64,000 bases of DNA from Macrostomum lignano (Eukaryota): contig NIVC01000629.1 in NCBI GenBank assembly GCA_002269645.1, positions 124,001 to 188,000 of the forward strand, in the 5' to 3' direction. The notes beneath the pieces are model-generated. The model had not been told where the DNA came from, did no database searches, and saw nothing but the letters and a program-made list of their open reading frames with translations. A program made the position numbers and the translations under genes. Below, in pieces: positions 22,401-35,403 of the stretch; the stretch's first letter is position 1, and each line of letters begins with the position of its first letter.

Positions 22401-25400
22401 AGTTGTGAAGTTGGTGAGTTGTGAAGTTTGTGAGTTGTGAAGTTGGTGAGTTGTGAAGTTGGTGAGTTGTGAAGTTGGTGAGTTGTGAAGTTTGTGGGTT
22501 GTGAAGTTTTGGGGGTTGTGAAAGTTGTGGGTTGTGGAGTTTGTGGGTTGTGAAGTTTTGGGGGTTGTGAAAGTTGTGGGTTGTGAAGTTTTGAGATTGT
22601 GAAGTTTTTGGGGTTGTGAAAGTTGTGGGTTGTGAAGTTAGCGAGTTGTGAAGTTGGTGAGTTGTGAAGTTTGTGAGTTGTGAAGTTTGTGAGTTGTTAA
22701 GTTGGTGAGTTGTGAAGTTGGTGAGTTGTGAAGTTGGTGAGTTGTGAAGTTTGTGGGTTGTGAAGTTTTGGGGGTTGTGAAAGTTGTGGGTTGTGAAGTT
22801 TGTGAGCTGTGAAGTAAACAAACATTTATACCTGTTATTATTAGGCAGGTCGCCAGTGGTGGCCGAGGAGAACATGATGTAGTTGCCCTGGTCCCCGGTG
22901 GGCTGGCAGTCTGGCATAGCCGGGGTCAGGCCGTCATCGTGATTGGCCCCGAAGTTGTGGCCCATCTCGTGAGCAAAGGTCAGGTAGGACACTTTCTCAA
23001 CAATGCGGCGGCCGTAGTTAATTAGCGTCACAATTCCCGTGTTCAAGGACTTCCAGGACCTGCGGCCTGGGATCTGATCGCTAGATGTGTTGGAGGGTTG
23101 CGGAATGGAATGGCTTGGATTGGCTTGAAGAGCAGAATAGCAATGAAAGCAAAAGGTCTGGTTTTAGAAAGGAAAGAAATTTCACTGGTTCCAAAACTCA
23201 ACTCAGATGACAAGAGACTGGGATCATAAAAACCCAGGGAAGGGGCGAGTCTGGGATCATAAAAACCCAGGGAAGGGGCGAGTCTGGGATCATAAAAACC
23301 CAGGGAAGGGGCGAGTCTGGGATCATAAAAACCCAGGGAAGGGGCGAGTCTGCGATCATAAAAACCCAGGGAAGGGGCGAGTCTGGGATCATAAAAACCC
23401 AGGGAAGGGGCGAGTCTGGGATCATAAAAACCCAGGGAAGGGGCGAGTCTGGGATCATAAAAACCCAGGGAAGGGGCGAGTCTGGGATCATAAAAACCCA
23501 GGGAAGGGGCGAGTCTGCGATCATAAAAACCCAGGGAAGGGGCGAGTCTGGGATCATAAAAACCCAGGGAAGGGGCGAGTCTGGGATCATAAAAACCCAG
23601 GGAAGGGGCGAGTCTGGGATCATAAAAACCCAGGGAAGGGGCGAGTCTGGGATCATAAAAACCCAGGGAAGGGGCGAGTCTGGGGTCACAAAACCCAGGG
23701 AAGGGGCGAGTCTGGGATCATAAAAACTCAGGGAGGGGGCGAGTCTGGGATCATAAAATGTCAGGGAGGGGGCGAGTCTGGGATCATAAAATGTCAGGGA
23801 GGGGGCGAGTCTGGGATCATAAAAACCCAGGGAAGGGGCGAGTCTGGGGTCACAAAACCCAGGGAAGGGGCGAGTCTGGGATCATAAAAACTCAGGGAAG
23901 GGGCGAGTCTGGGATCATAAAAACTCAGGGAAGGGGCGAGTCTGGGATCATAAAAACCCAGGGAAGGGGCGAGTCTGGGATCACAAAACCCAGGGAGGGG
24001 GCGAGTCTGGGATCATAAAAACTCAGGGAGGGGGCGAGTCTGGGATCACAAAACTCAGGGAAGGGCGAGTCTGGGATCATAAAAACTCAGGGAGGGGGCG
24101 AGTCTGGGATCACAAAACTCAGGGAAGGGGCGAGTCTGGGATCACAAAACTCAGGGAAGGGGCGAGTCTGGGATCACAAAACTCAGGGAAGGGCGAGTCT
24201 GGGATCATAAAAACTCAGGGAGGGGGCGAGTCTGGGATCACAAAACTCAGGGAAGGGGCGAGTCTGGGATCACAAAACTCAGGGAAGGGCGAGTCTGGGA
24301 TCATAAAAACTCAGTGAGGGGTGAGTCCAAGAGCAGGAAAACTTATCGCAGATTCTAAACTAAGAAATAAAAAATCCAACGGAAGGCCACTGTGACTGAG
24401 GCACACTGGAATTTATATGACTTTGCACTGGAGAATGGCGTGAAGTTTATCACTCGGCCTTCTATCTAATATACAAGTAAATTTTTACTATCAATGTATT
24501 TTCTGGGTGTCAATTCCTTGATTTTTTCCACAAACTCCAACAAAAAAGTTAAGTTTGAGCATTTTTCAATACTAAGAATAGGAGCGTTCTCTAGCGAATT
24601 TTTTATTGTAGAAAGAAAAATTACAAGGACGTTTGAAGGACTGTTTAAGGACTGCAGTTCCTTGAACTAATACGCCTCCTTCCTGTGCGTGGAAAATTTT
24701 TATGACTGAAGAAATCTAACAACACAGGCTGCATTGCATTTGACACAGCTGAAACTGCACTCGCAGGCTGGGTGCACAATAATAACATTACTGGTGTAGG
24801 CTAGATTATTTTAGAATTCTAAAAACAGATTGAATACGCAGCCAGTGTGACGCAGAAACCCGGGCACATCCGAGAAACAAAAAAGGTCAACCAGCTGCGA
24901 TCTGGGATGTCCCTAGTTAGCGGACTGACTGACTATAGTTACCAACTGCAGAAGTCAAGAAGGGGATCGAATTAGGCCAAACCCACTGGCCTTAACTGGG
25001 TAAACAGCTGCCTTCACTTTTGACATTCACGAGTGAAAATAAAACTAGTGAAAAAAATCAAGCAGGTAAAAAACAATATACGATGTAAAGCCGCATCTCA
25101 TATTCGTAATATATGCATACACAATTATAGCTTGGCGAACCTTCCCTACATCACTTTATACTAAAGCCTCACCTGAACTAAACTTGAGGCCTGACCTGAA
25201 CTTAACCTGAAGAAACCTAAATTTAAGCTGAAGCCTCACCTGAACTTAACTTGAGGCCTGACCCGAACTTAACCTGAAGACACCTAAATTTAAGCTGAAG
25301 CCTCACCTGAACTAAACTTGAGGCCTGACCTGAACTTAACCTGAAGAAACCTAAATTTAAGCTGAAGCCTCACCTGAACTTAACTTGAGGCCTGACCCGA

Positions 25401-28372
25401 ACTTAACCTGAAGACACCTAAATTTAAGCTGAAGCCTCACCTGAACTTAACTTGAGGCCTGACCCGAACTTAACCTGAAGACACCTAAATTTAAGCTGAA
25501 GCCACACGTGAACCTAACCTACAGCCTGACCTGAACTTAACCTGAAGCCACACCTAAACTTAACCTAAAGCCAGACCTGAACTAAACATGAAGCCTCAAC
25601 CTGAACTAAAACTGAAGCCTCAACCTGAACTAAACATGAAGCCTCAACCTGAACTAAACCTGAAGCCTCAACCTGAACTAAATATGAAGCCTTAACCTGA
25701 ACTAAACATGAGCCTCAACCTGAACTAAAACTGAAGCCTCAACCTGAACTAAAACTGAAGCCTCAACCTGAACTAAACATGAAGCCTCAACCTAAACTAA
25801 ACATGAAGCCTCAAACTGAACTAAACATGAAACTTCAACCTGAACTAAACCTGAAGCCTTAACCTGAACTAAACCTGAAGCCTCAACCTGAACTAAACCT
25901 GAAGCCTCAACCTTGAACTAAACATAAAGCCTTAAACTGAACTAAACATGAAGCCTCAACCTGAACTAAACCTGAAGCCTCAACCTGAACTAAACATGAA
26001 GCCTCAACCTGAACTAAACATGAAGCCTCAACCTGAACTAAATATGAAGCCTCAAACTAAACTAAACATGAAGCCTCAACCTGAACTAAACCTGAAGCCT
26101 CAACCTTGAACTAAACATAAAGCCTCAACCTGAACTAAACATGAAGCCTCAACCTGAACTAAATATGAAGCCTCAACCTGAACTAAACATAAAGCCTCAA
26201 ACTGAACTAAACATGAAGCCTCAACCTGAACTAAACCTGAAGCCTCAACCTGAACTAAACCTGAAGCCTCAACTGAACTAAACCTGAAGCCTCAACCAGA
26301 GCCCCAGAACAGCAGACACAAAAAGCCACTCACTCGTATTCCCGATATTTCTCGCAGATGCCGCCATTCTGATCCTTGGTGCCAACCCAGGCCAAGCCCA
26401 GCGTGCCGCCGCTGAAGTCCCGATAAGTGAACAGGTAGGCCAAGCAGTGCTCCGAATGGTTGCTATAGGCGTGCAAATTCAAGAAGCTGGTAACGTCGAT
26501 ACCCTCGGCACAGAACGGATTATTCTTGCCCGGGCCGCAATCCGCCGTAGTGTTAACCCGTATTCGATTAACCCGAAACTGTACGCCCCGCTGTTCGAAC
26601 TTTTTGTCTCGAGTGATAAACCTAGTAGACGTGTAGATATGAGTCGCCGCGCTAACGTGATGCTGGAACAGGGCTTTGATCTCCGTGCGCGCCCGCTGGT
26701 GATTGCCGTTCACCGACGGCAGGCGGAGGGTGGCCTCCCACAGAGCGGCGTCAGACTGCAAGTAGAGCGAGCACACCTTCGTGTCGCCTAGTTGGCCGAC
26801 CTCGCCACTGTCCGGCAACAGCGATTTGTCAGCGGTGAATGGGGGCGGCAGCGGCGGGTGCACGGCAGGCGGATGCCTGATCACCGAGCTGAATTGGGGA
26901 TGAGGTGGGTGATCACAGGTGTGAAATGAGTGGGGTGGGTGATCACGGGTGTGAAATGAGTGGGGTGGGTGATCACGGGTGGGAATTGAGTGGGGTGGGT
27001 GATCACGGGTGAATTGAGTGGGGTGGGTGATCACTGGTGAATTGAGTGGGGTGGGTGATCACGGGTGTGATTGTGAATTTAGTGGGGTGGGTGATCACGG
27101 GTGTGAATTGAGAGGTGTGGGTGATCACGGGTGTGATTGTGAATTGAGTGGGGTGGGTGATCACAGGTGAATAGAGCGGAGTGCGTGATCACGGGTGTGA
27201 ATTGAGTAAGGTAGGTGATCACGGGTGTGAATTGAGTGGGGTGGGTGATTATGGGTGTGAATTGAGTCAGGTAGGTGATCACGGGTGTGAATTGAGTGGG
27301 GTGGGTGATTATGGGTGTGAATTGAGTCAGGTAGGTGATCACGGGTGTCAATTGAGCGGGGTGCGTGATCACGGGTGTGAATTGAGTGGGGTGGGTGATC
27401 ACGGGTGTGAGTTGAGTGGGGTGGGTGATCACGGGTGTGAATTGAGTGCAATGGGTGATCACGGGTGTGAAATGAGTGGGGTAGGTGATCACAGGTCAGT
27501 GTCGTTCACTGGGAGCAGAGCCACCAGATGGGATTCTGTGTGAATTGTCCAACAAGAGAAGCCTCTGTCCCAGTGGCGGAGCAGCTCAGCGGTAAACCAG
27601 TCTGACTCCCCTTCCCGTGCAAGAAAGTGTACTGTGTTTTGTATGCGCGTGCATAAGTGCGTGTCTGAGCGCAGTATTGGCGCGCTTGAATGCGCTCAGG
27701 AATGCGCTCAGAAGCAGCAGGCAGGACGAAGTTCTGTCAAGGTTCTGCCAAGGTTGCCCCACAACCAACAATTATTATTATATTTTATGATTAAGCCACG
27801 CAAGCTTGCACTCACCGCCGGTGCCGTTTCGGCCACATCACGTGCGAGTCATTGTAAATAATCGAATGAAAGTCGAGCCGGCCGAGAAAGTACCTACCAG
27901 CCGGTTCAACAAACCAGCCGGACCCGTCTGAGGTGTACACGGCGCCGCTGAACACGCCGTCTATGATGCTGCCGAACGCGTGACTGCCCGGATCGTCGGC
28001 CAACTCGCCGACAACAGCTTCGGGAAAATCTAAGGGTTCCGGACTGCCCGAGGCGCCCAATTGAAATGTGGCGCCGGGTTCAACTAAGCCGTCGTTATGA
28101 GAAAATTTGAGCACAAAATGCCGGCCGTGGGCGGAGAACTCCAACCAGACTGGATCGGCCGAGTGGCCGAGACTTCGCCTGGCCCGGTGCAGCCGGCCAG
28201 GCGGCAGGTCCAGCGGCGGATAGCGCAGCCGGTCGTGATCTGTGACCGTCTCCGTGGTTGCTAGGGGGCCGTAGGCTCGCCCGGAGACGCAGTTAAACAA
28301 AGACGCGGCGGCGCCAGCTAGTAGGGCAGCGGTTAGCAACAGGCGGCTGAGGCTGCGGCGCTGGGCAGTCAT
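19427..28372 (-). CDS. ADAM10: ADAM10/Kuzbanian-like disintegrin metalloprotease (6 exons)
   Basis: Exons 28372-27816, 26888-26334, 23080-22832, 22045-21421, 20448-20063, 19574-19427 join in frame. Signal peptide, prodomain ending at furin site RHRR|S, LGLAW, zinc motif HEMGHNFGANHD, Met-turn NYIMF, disintegrin GEQCDCG, Cys-rich domain and TM helix WYFVIIICLAVLIALG. The last exon is the least certain. Confidence 0.94.
19630..20030. repeat. Intronic minisatellite, ~31-32-bp unit (ADAM10 intron 5)
   Basis: AATGAGGGAAGACTCGGGGAGAACAAAGACTC variants. Confidence 0.9.
20515..21370. repeat. Intronic minisatellite, 23-bp unit (ADAM10 intron 4)
   Basis: GATAGTCTGGGATCTCAAATGAG tandem. Confidence 0.95.
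22240..22815. repeat. Intronic degenerate ~16-bp tandem repeat (ADAM10 intron 3)
   Basis: GTTGTGAAGTT(TGTGG/GGTGA) variants. Confidence 0.9.
23215..24325. repeat. Intronic minisatellite, 33-bp unit (ADAM10 intron 2)
   Basis: GGGATCATAAAAACCCAGGGAAGGGGCGAGTCT tandem. Confidence 0.95.
25165..26295. repeat. Intronic minisatellite, ~24-bp unit with a ~67-bp higher-order block (ADAM10 intron 2)
   Basis: AACCTGAACTAAACATGAAGCCTC tandem; longer composite units at 25165-25500. Confidence 0.92.
26900..27490. repeat. Intronic minisatellite, 30-bp unit (ADAM10 intron 1)
   Basis: GTGGGTGATCACGGGTGTGAATTGAGTGGG tandem. Confidence 0.93.
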
Positions 28373-28467
28373 TGCGGCTGCTGCGGCTCACTGCAACTCC
28401 GCGCCAGGGCAACTGCGCTGGAGAGCAAGTGTGGGATGGCTTGGCTCTATTGTGGACGAAATTGAAA

Positions 28468-29205
28468 AGGCGATTCTATTCAGGAAGGAGGCGATTCTAT
28501 TCAGGAAGGAGGCGATTCTATTCAGGAAGGAGGCGATTCTATTCAGGAAGGAGGCGATTCTATTCAGGAAGGAGGCGATTCTATTCAGGAAGGAGGCGAT
28601 TCTATTCAGGAAGGAGGCGATTCTATTCAGGAAGGAGGCGATTCTATTTGGGAAGGAGGCGATTCTATTTGTGAATGAGGCGATTCTATTCGGGAATGAG
28701 GCGATTCTATTTGGGAAGGAGGCGATTCTATTTGTGAATGAGGCGATTCTATTTGGGAATGAGGCGATTCTATTCGGGAATGAGGCGATTCTATTTGTGA
28801 ATGAGGCGATTCTATTCGGGAATGAGGCGATTCTATTTGGGAAGGAGGCTATTCTATTTGGGAATGAGGCGATTCTATTCGGGAAGGAGGCGATTCTATT
28901 TGGGAATGAGGCGATTCTATTTGGGAATGAGGCGATTCTATTTGGGAAGGAGGCGATTCTATTTGGGAATGAGGCGATTCTATTCGGGAAGGAGGCGATT
29001 CTATTTGGGAATGAGGCGATTCTATTCGGGAATGAGGCGATTCTATTTGTGAATGAGGCGATTCTATTTGTGAATGAGGCGATTCTATTTGGGAATGAGG
29101 CGATTCTATTCAGGAAGGAGGCGATTCTATTCGGGAATGAGGCGATTCTATTCAGGAAGGAGGCGATTCTATTCGGGAAGGAGGCGATTCTATTCGGGAA
29201 GGAGG
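28468..29205. repeat. Minisatellite, 21-bp unit, between MRPL11 and ADAM10
   Basis: GAGGCGATTCTATT(C/T)(A/G)GGAA(G/T) tandem. Confidence 0.95.
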
Positions 29206-29428
29206 CTGTGACTACATTTGCTTATATAATAATAGAACACTTCAATCTCAGCCAATAGGTTGGCATTCATAAAGCTACAAACGCAATCAGATGCAAAACA
29301 CTATATTTCAAATTATAAATATTGATTATTAGTAGAAGGAAGCAGACAAAAATGCTTAACTAGTTCATCTATCATTGCGCTGTTCTTCCAAATTCGGAAA
29401 AAAAGAGCGAGGCATTCAACAAGTAAGA

Positions 29429-30007
29429 TCAAATTTTAGCCATCTTAGCCTTCTTCAATGCCGCCAGCTCCTCGCGCATCTGGCGCAGCTCCTCCGCTCG
29501 TTTCTCCAAGAAGACCGCGTACTCAGCCGGGTCAATGCTGTCCACCACCAGCACGCCCATTCTCCTTGCCGATTGGATCACCATTTCAACAATAGAGCGC
29601 AGCGGCGTCGTCTGCAACGGCGGATCCTGCTGCTTTAGCTGGGCAATCTCGTAGATATGCTGCCTAGTAACCATACCGGCCACCTCTTTCATGGGATCTG
29701 TGGCGCCTTTGCTAATACCGGCTGCCTGCTTAATTAAAAAGGACGTTGGCGGATGGTACAGCTGAAGTACAAAGCTCCGATCGGGATTAATAAACACCAC
29801 CGTTGGTATGGGAACGCCCGGCCTAATATGTTTAGTTCGCTCGTTGAAATCTTTACAAAAGCTGGGTATGTTGATGCCGCGCTTGCCCAGCTGCGGGCCA
29901 AGTGGCGGGGCGGGCTTGGCCTGCTGGGCCGGGATGTTGGTCTTGTAGTAGATGGGGTGCACAGCCGCCTCGTAGAAGCCGCGATAGCGTTTCACCTTAG
30001 CAGCCAT
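29429..30007 (-). CDS. MRPL11: Mitochondrial ribosomal protein uL11m, intronless, 192 aa
   Basis: Single ORF with the uL11 signature AKPAPPLGPQLGKRGINIPSFCKDFNERT, plus PIP, PPTSFLIKQAAGI and IYEIA. The N- and C-terminal extensions fit the mitochondrial family. Confidence 0.95.
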   Translation of the reverse strand: MAAKVKRYRGFYEAAVHPIYYKTNIPAQQAKPAPPLGPQLGKRGINIPSFCKDFNERTKHIRPGVPIPTVVFINPDRSFVLQLYHPPTSFLIKQAAGISKGATDPMKEVAGMVTRQHIYEIAQLKQQDPPLQTTPLRSIVEMVIQSARRMGVLVVDSIDPAEYAVFLEKRAEELRQMREELAALKKAKMAKI

Positions 30008-30479
30008 TGGCTTGGCGTGTGGGCTGCTAGCCTTGGCTGGAAAGTGCCGTCTGCGTTGGTTATTTACATGTAATTAATCAATCAAAGAGCTTCATCACTC
30101 AGTTGCATTAACAAGTAGCAATGAGTGGTGATTAAGCACAAAAATTCTGTTTGCTATTTACTTGTGTCTACAGTTTTTGTTTAAGTTTATTAATTGGTTT
30201 CCATTTTTCCTGTTTTTTTAGCTTGCATGGAACCATTAAGAGACAATCAATATTCTCTGTGGACAATCACATTTGACACACGCTGGGTGTGCTGCCAATT
30301 TGCCAATAGTCCAAGAAGAGAGCTGGTCTGGGCGACTTCATACATCAGTGATCATCAAGGGGTCTGTGTGGCCCCTTCAGATCATCATAGCATTATCTGA
30401 GCATGACATCATGCATGACTCAACCTAAGGCTCATGAGTTCAACCTAAGGCTGTCAGAGTCAGATATTTTGACAGGCAA

Positions 30480-30960
30480 TAAATGTTGGACTTCCTTTTT
30501 CATGACGAAGGAGGACAAGCAAGCAGTGTAATGTGGTCTTATGGACTTAAGATGAGCCTAGGCCTGGGGTCGTGAAGATAAATCACAGGTTTTAGAAGGA
30601 AGAAAAGGATATACACCATTTTCTTTAGCTCCCAGATGTTTTGATGGTGAAATTCTTGAGAGTGGCACTGTGACTGCCAAGTATTACACTTTATGCTTGA
30701 CATGGTGCCTGGCTGCTATGACCCCATCCACCCTACTTGCCAGACCTCACATCCTGCAACTTTTGGAGTTCCAAAAGCTCAAGTCATCAATTTCTGGGGG
30801 CCATTGTTGCACATTCAAAACCTAGCTTGAGCAAGCAAAGCAGAACTGAAGGGGTGCTTGCAAGTGAATAGATCAGCTGAATCCATCAGTATAAATTTTA
30901 AATTTCCCTGCCAAGGGTTTCCCATGGCAAGCTTTCCTGAGAAATTTCTTAGCCAAGACA
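30480..30960 (+). mobile_element. Mariner transposase relic
   Basis: PHPPYLPDLTSCNFW at 30722-30766 matches mariner PHPPYSPDLAPCDFW. Upstream ESGTVTAKYY matches the mariner GxTVNxxYY motif. Many stops. Confidence 0.75.
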
Positions 30961-31499
30961 CATACTGTGATGGAAAGATTTCTAATCAAAAGGTGAAAGT
31001 TTAAAAAAATCTGTTGAGCTTTTTTTAAGACAACCATATTTAGTATATGAAAAAATGCTTTTATATAAAATGCATTGTGACCCAATATTCTAATGAATAC
31101 TATTATAGTTGTTTAGACCATAGTAGACTATGTTGCTTATTTAAAGTGAATTGAATTATTTGCTTAATTTTTTGATAGTACAGATCATTAAATAGTTTTA
31201 ACCTCAATCTTATCTTTATCTACATAGTCTAGACAGTATAAATTGACTAGACATATATATGGGATTCAAACATACAAGCCTTTAAAGTATACAGGCCACT
31301 TATTTCTATATGGTTTCTATGCTTTTTAGTGCCTATGCTTTTTGGTGCAATGGTGCCTGGCATTTTGGTATATATATTATAAATTTGAATAAGATGCCAA
31401 ATTAATATTTTATTGTTTATATGCATTACATGCTATATTGTACCTACATGAATGTTACAATGATTGTATATAGCTATTCACATTTATCTATAGAGCAGA

Positions 31500-32400
31500 T
31501 ATTAGAAAGCATGGGAAGCACAACCTTTTCTTAGCCAAAGAGTGCCAAATTTAGCTTTTGAAGAAGGCCACAACATGGTATATGGATAGCACATTTTTTG
31601 GTTGCATACACCTTAAAATATGCCATTTACATATATATTTTGCTTATACAAATGCCACTGACATTTGTCTTTATATCTGGTTAAATGTCAAAAGATTATA
31701 AGTCTTATGAGCCTTTTGAGGCATCCTACCTAAGGCAAAGCCATTTATCTTTGTTATGGATTACAAAGCTGCACAACATAAAAGTTGTCATCAAGTGTTT
31801 CCCCAAAATCGGAATATCAATTGATGTAGCTTTCATTGGACATAGTCTATATTTAGAAAAATCTAGACCCTTGGGTTTCCAAGAGTCTTACAATTAGAAT
31901 GAAATAACATAGCTTTTGTTTGAGGCTAATGGCCTTACACTACTTGCCTATTGCAAAGATAATTCTAGTCTTCAACAATTTGAAGGCTAGCAATATAAGC
32001 AATAAAAAATATTTAAACTCACAATATGTATTAGGTCTATAAATATTTTGTTTTAGGTTGTTCATTTGTATATTTGTATATAATTGTATATTTATGTATG
32101 AAACCCTTGGCTAGCAAGCGTCATGTGTACTATAGAAAACATCAATATCTTTGGCTGTTCTATAAGAAAGTTTTATCTAGATAAAATGATATAAAAAGCT
32201 ACTATAGGCATTTGAATAGCAAGGCTAGATAAGGCAAGCTACAATTTTATATTTTGCTAGGCTTGCTTTTCAATGAGGCTACCTTAATATCTCTATAGCT
32301 GCAAGTGTAGCTTGTAGGCCCTACCACAAAGTGCTTTGTGCCATAGGGTATCTAGTCAATCTGGCAACAAGGTATAAAGCTATAAATAGGCTATTTGACA
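31500..32400 (+). mobile_element. MULE/Mutator transposase relic, heavily transition-mutated
   Basis: WYMDSTF (31576-31596, from DGTF), QMPLTFV, VMDYKAA (from DFEAA), FHWT* (31831-31845), LGFQESY and WLF..R*NDIKSYYRHLNSKA (from RTNNDxEGWHxRLN). Confidence 0.75.
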
Positions 32401-32503
32401 TTTAAATAGATTAGAAAGCTTTTACATTATAAAATATTATTTCTTATTATTAAATATTATTTCTTTTTATTAAATATTAAAAAGTACAAATAGCTATTCT
32501 TAA

Positions 32504-33021
32504 GAGACTTAAGCTTAATCAATAACTAATTTTATGCTTCAAAACTTGTTATAATGTATCTGACACTGAAAAGCTACAATAGTCTATGGTCAAAGTGTTA
32601 ACAAATAAACAAGTCTTAATAGAAACAAATAAAAAGTACTATTGTCTATGGTCAAACTGCCAATGAACAAACAACAAAAGCTTTATACACTATAGTAGTG
32701 GGAAATCCATAATTGGATATTCCCAAATGGCTTCACTAGGTTTAGTTGATGCCACAATTCCTCTAAGTATGTTTTAAATAAGGCTTGTAAAGTCCCATGC
32801 ATGGTGCGCAGTATAGCCTTGCTAAATTTAGAACTTTACTCTAAGTCTTTTGTTATTTGTCAATTTGCTAAAGATCATTGATATTTAGACTTACTATAGA
32901 CCTTTTTTAAGTCAAAAAATGTTCAAACTTTCTGGCCATAGACTATTGCAGCTTTCTGGGGTCAGATACATTATAACAAGTTTTGAAGCATCAAATTAGT
33001 GCTTAATCAGGCTTAAGTCTC
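32504..33021. mobile_element. Non-autonomous DNA transposon with ~90-bp TIRs, GAG...CTC termini and TTAA TSD (Sola3- or Kolobok-like)
   Basis: GAGACTTAAGC...CTTCAAAACTTGTTATAATGTATCTGAC is inverted at both ends. TTAA at 32500-32503 and 33022-33025. Confidence 0.7.
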
Positions 33022-34228
33022 TTAAAAGTATTTATTTGTACTTAAAATAGTTTGTAGATTACTTTTCTGAAGTCAAAATAATTTAACGAATGAAACTTGA
33101 CAATTGCAAAAAGCTATTGCATAAAAAATGGCTATTGGCATTTTAACAGATTAGAGAGCTTTGATTGTTTTAATTATTATAATTGTTAGTATTGTTATTA
33201 ATTATTATTTTTTTATATTCAATAGAATGTAAGGGGATAAGCCTATACAAACATAGTTCCCAGGATTGGCCAACTTAGTATGTTCAAAATATGTTCCACC
33301 ATAAAGGGGGTCCATATGCCATAGCCATAGCCATAAACAAAACTATGGCTTATTCCAATTTTCCATATTCTGTAGCTGTAGCGACTTTAATATTGCCATA
33401 TTCCTGTGGCTCATATAGCCATAGCCATAGTTTTAACAAAAAGTCTAGGAAACAAAATATTTTTAATCAATAAGATAACCTAATGCTTAAACAACTACAA
33501 TTTAAAGTAGAAAATAAAACAAACACTTGATTGCCTTTGAAAGAATATATTTAATCCTTTTACAAAGAGTAACAATACTTAATCACTATTGAAAGTACTA
33601 ATGCTAAACTTTTTTACATTGTTAAAAGTTAGAATTTGCTAGTGTTTCATTGTACTTTATTAAACATAGGCCTAATCTATAAGTTTTTAAGTCTATAATA
33701 TAGTTTAATAAAGTAGGCCTATCTTTGTTTTACTCTACTTGTTTCTAATATTTTTTAGTTATTAACTATGGCTAGGCCTATAAGAATACTACAGAATATG
33801 ATAGCAACTACCATATTTCTATAGCCATAGCTATAAGAGCAGCTATCTACTATAGGCATATCCATAATTGCTGTAGGCACCTATTTTACCATATTTGCTA
33901 TAATATCCTATAGCTGTAGCTATAGCTATGGCAGAACACTAAATCAGATCCATTATTATAATAAAACATTTGAAGTGATAGGCCTACCTTAAATTATGTT
34001 AGAAGTATAGACATAATGTACAATTTTTTGTATTTTTATAATGTACATTCAAAAAAGATACTAGCTATCTTAAAGTGAGTTCTTTATATATAAGATTAAA
34101 ACTATGTTTATATAGGCCCTTAAAGTTTTGTTTATAAGATCTAAAATCTATAAAATCTATACTTGGGGCCTATAATACAAAACTTGTCATTACAATAGAT
34201 TGTCTATTGCCAGATTGTCTATTGCTGG

Positions 34229-34412
34229 CAGGGGCATAGTCAGGAATTTCTCACAAGGGGGGGGGCATGCAAAGATATGAGTAGCTATTGCTAATTGTAC
34301 TTGCTGGTCTAATGGGCAGTTCACAAAAAATTAAGCACCATAAATCAATTTCTTATACCTACCAACCAGGCCCACAGGGGGATACATCCCTATATCCCTG
34401 CCTATGCCACTG
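34229..34412. mobile_element. Short hAT-like MITE
   Basis: Imperfect 11-bp TIR CAGGGGCATAG / CTATGCCACTG. The 8-bp flanks ATTGCTGG and GTTGCCAG differ only by transitions. Confidence 0.4.
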
Positions 34413-35236
34413 GTTGCCAGATTGTCTTGTCACTAGATAGATATATATAACTTTGGCCAATCAGTTTTTATTGACATTAAAAGTGATGTTAAAATGTACA
34501 TAATCGGACATGGCATGGGAATGGGAGAGTACAATGTTTTCTTGTGGGAAGTTTGCTTGCCAAGCTTTGCTTGCGGAATTTTGCTAGTTGAAGTTTGCTT
34601 GCCAAACTTCGCTTGCCAAACATTGGTTGCTGAACTTTGCATCCAAACTTTGCTTGTTGAACTTTGCTTGCAGGAATTTTTTTGCCAAGCTTTGCTTGTA
34701 GTTATAGAATTTTTCTTGCTAAACTTTGCTTGCAAGAACTTTGCCTGTTGAACTTTGCTTGCCAAACTTTGGGTATCCGAGTGTTGGGTATCTTTATGAG
34801 TCATAATATGTAGCAATTCACAGATTGGTAACACATTCATTTGCAAAAAATCTATCCTATATAATTGGCTACCTAAATCATTTGATTTGTGTATTATTTG
34901 AAATTCTGTCCAATTTTTTGTTAAAAATATATTCTTAATAAAAAACTAAATTATTTCATTTCAGCATTAGGGCTTTTTAAATCTGCCATTTCCTTATATA
35001 AAATCATAAGATAACACTATAGGCAACTTCCATGAATCTTAGAAAATGAAAATTAGAAATACACAAGAGCTCAAAAATAGCAAACCTTGGCAAACAAAAT
35101 TTCTGCAAGCAAAGTTTGGCAAGCAAAGTTTGGCAAGCAAATTTCTGTAAGCAAAAGTCCTGCAAGCAAACTTTGGCAAGCAAACTTCTTGCAAGCAAAT
35201 TTCATAGACCTGGGAATGGGGTGGCTATATACTAGT

Positions 35237-35403
35237 AGTAGTAGTAGTAGTAAGTTGGCTCAGGCAAGAAGCCTGTTTGGCCAGTATATTTCTGTGTATT
35301 TAAGATATTTTAGCATTAGTTGTTTAATTATGATTAAGTTCAAAAGGTTAAATTTTTTCACGAGTTAGTAAGTAGTAGTAGTAAGTTGGCTCAGGCAAGA
35401 AGC
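35237..35403. repeat. Two ~33-bp direct repeats with (TAG)n, resembling retroposon 3' tails
   Basis: AGTAGTAGTAGTAAGTTGGCTCAGGCAAGAAGC at ~35240 and ~35371. Confidence 0.6.

Noticed and set aside
27586-27771. Minus-strand ORF in ADAM10 intron 1 that would place a Cys at cysteine-switch spacing
   Set aside because: It has no phase-2 donor to rejoin exon 2 and no other similarity to ADAM prodomains.
29753-30073. Antisense ORFs over MRPL11 and other exons (e.g. 2837-3157, 26447-26791, 54339-54740, 46296-46661)
   Set aside because: These are shadow ORFs expected from GC3-rich coding sequence on the opposite strand.
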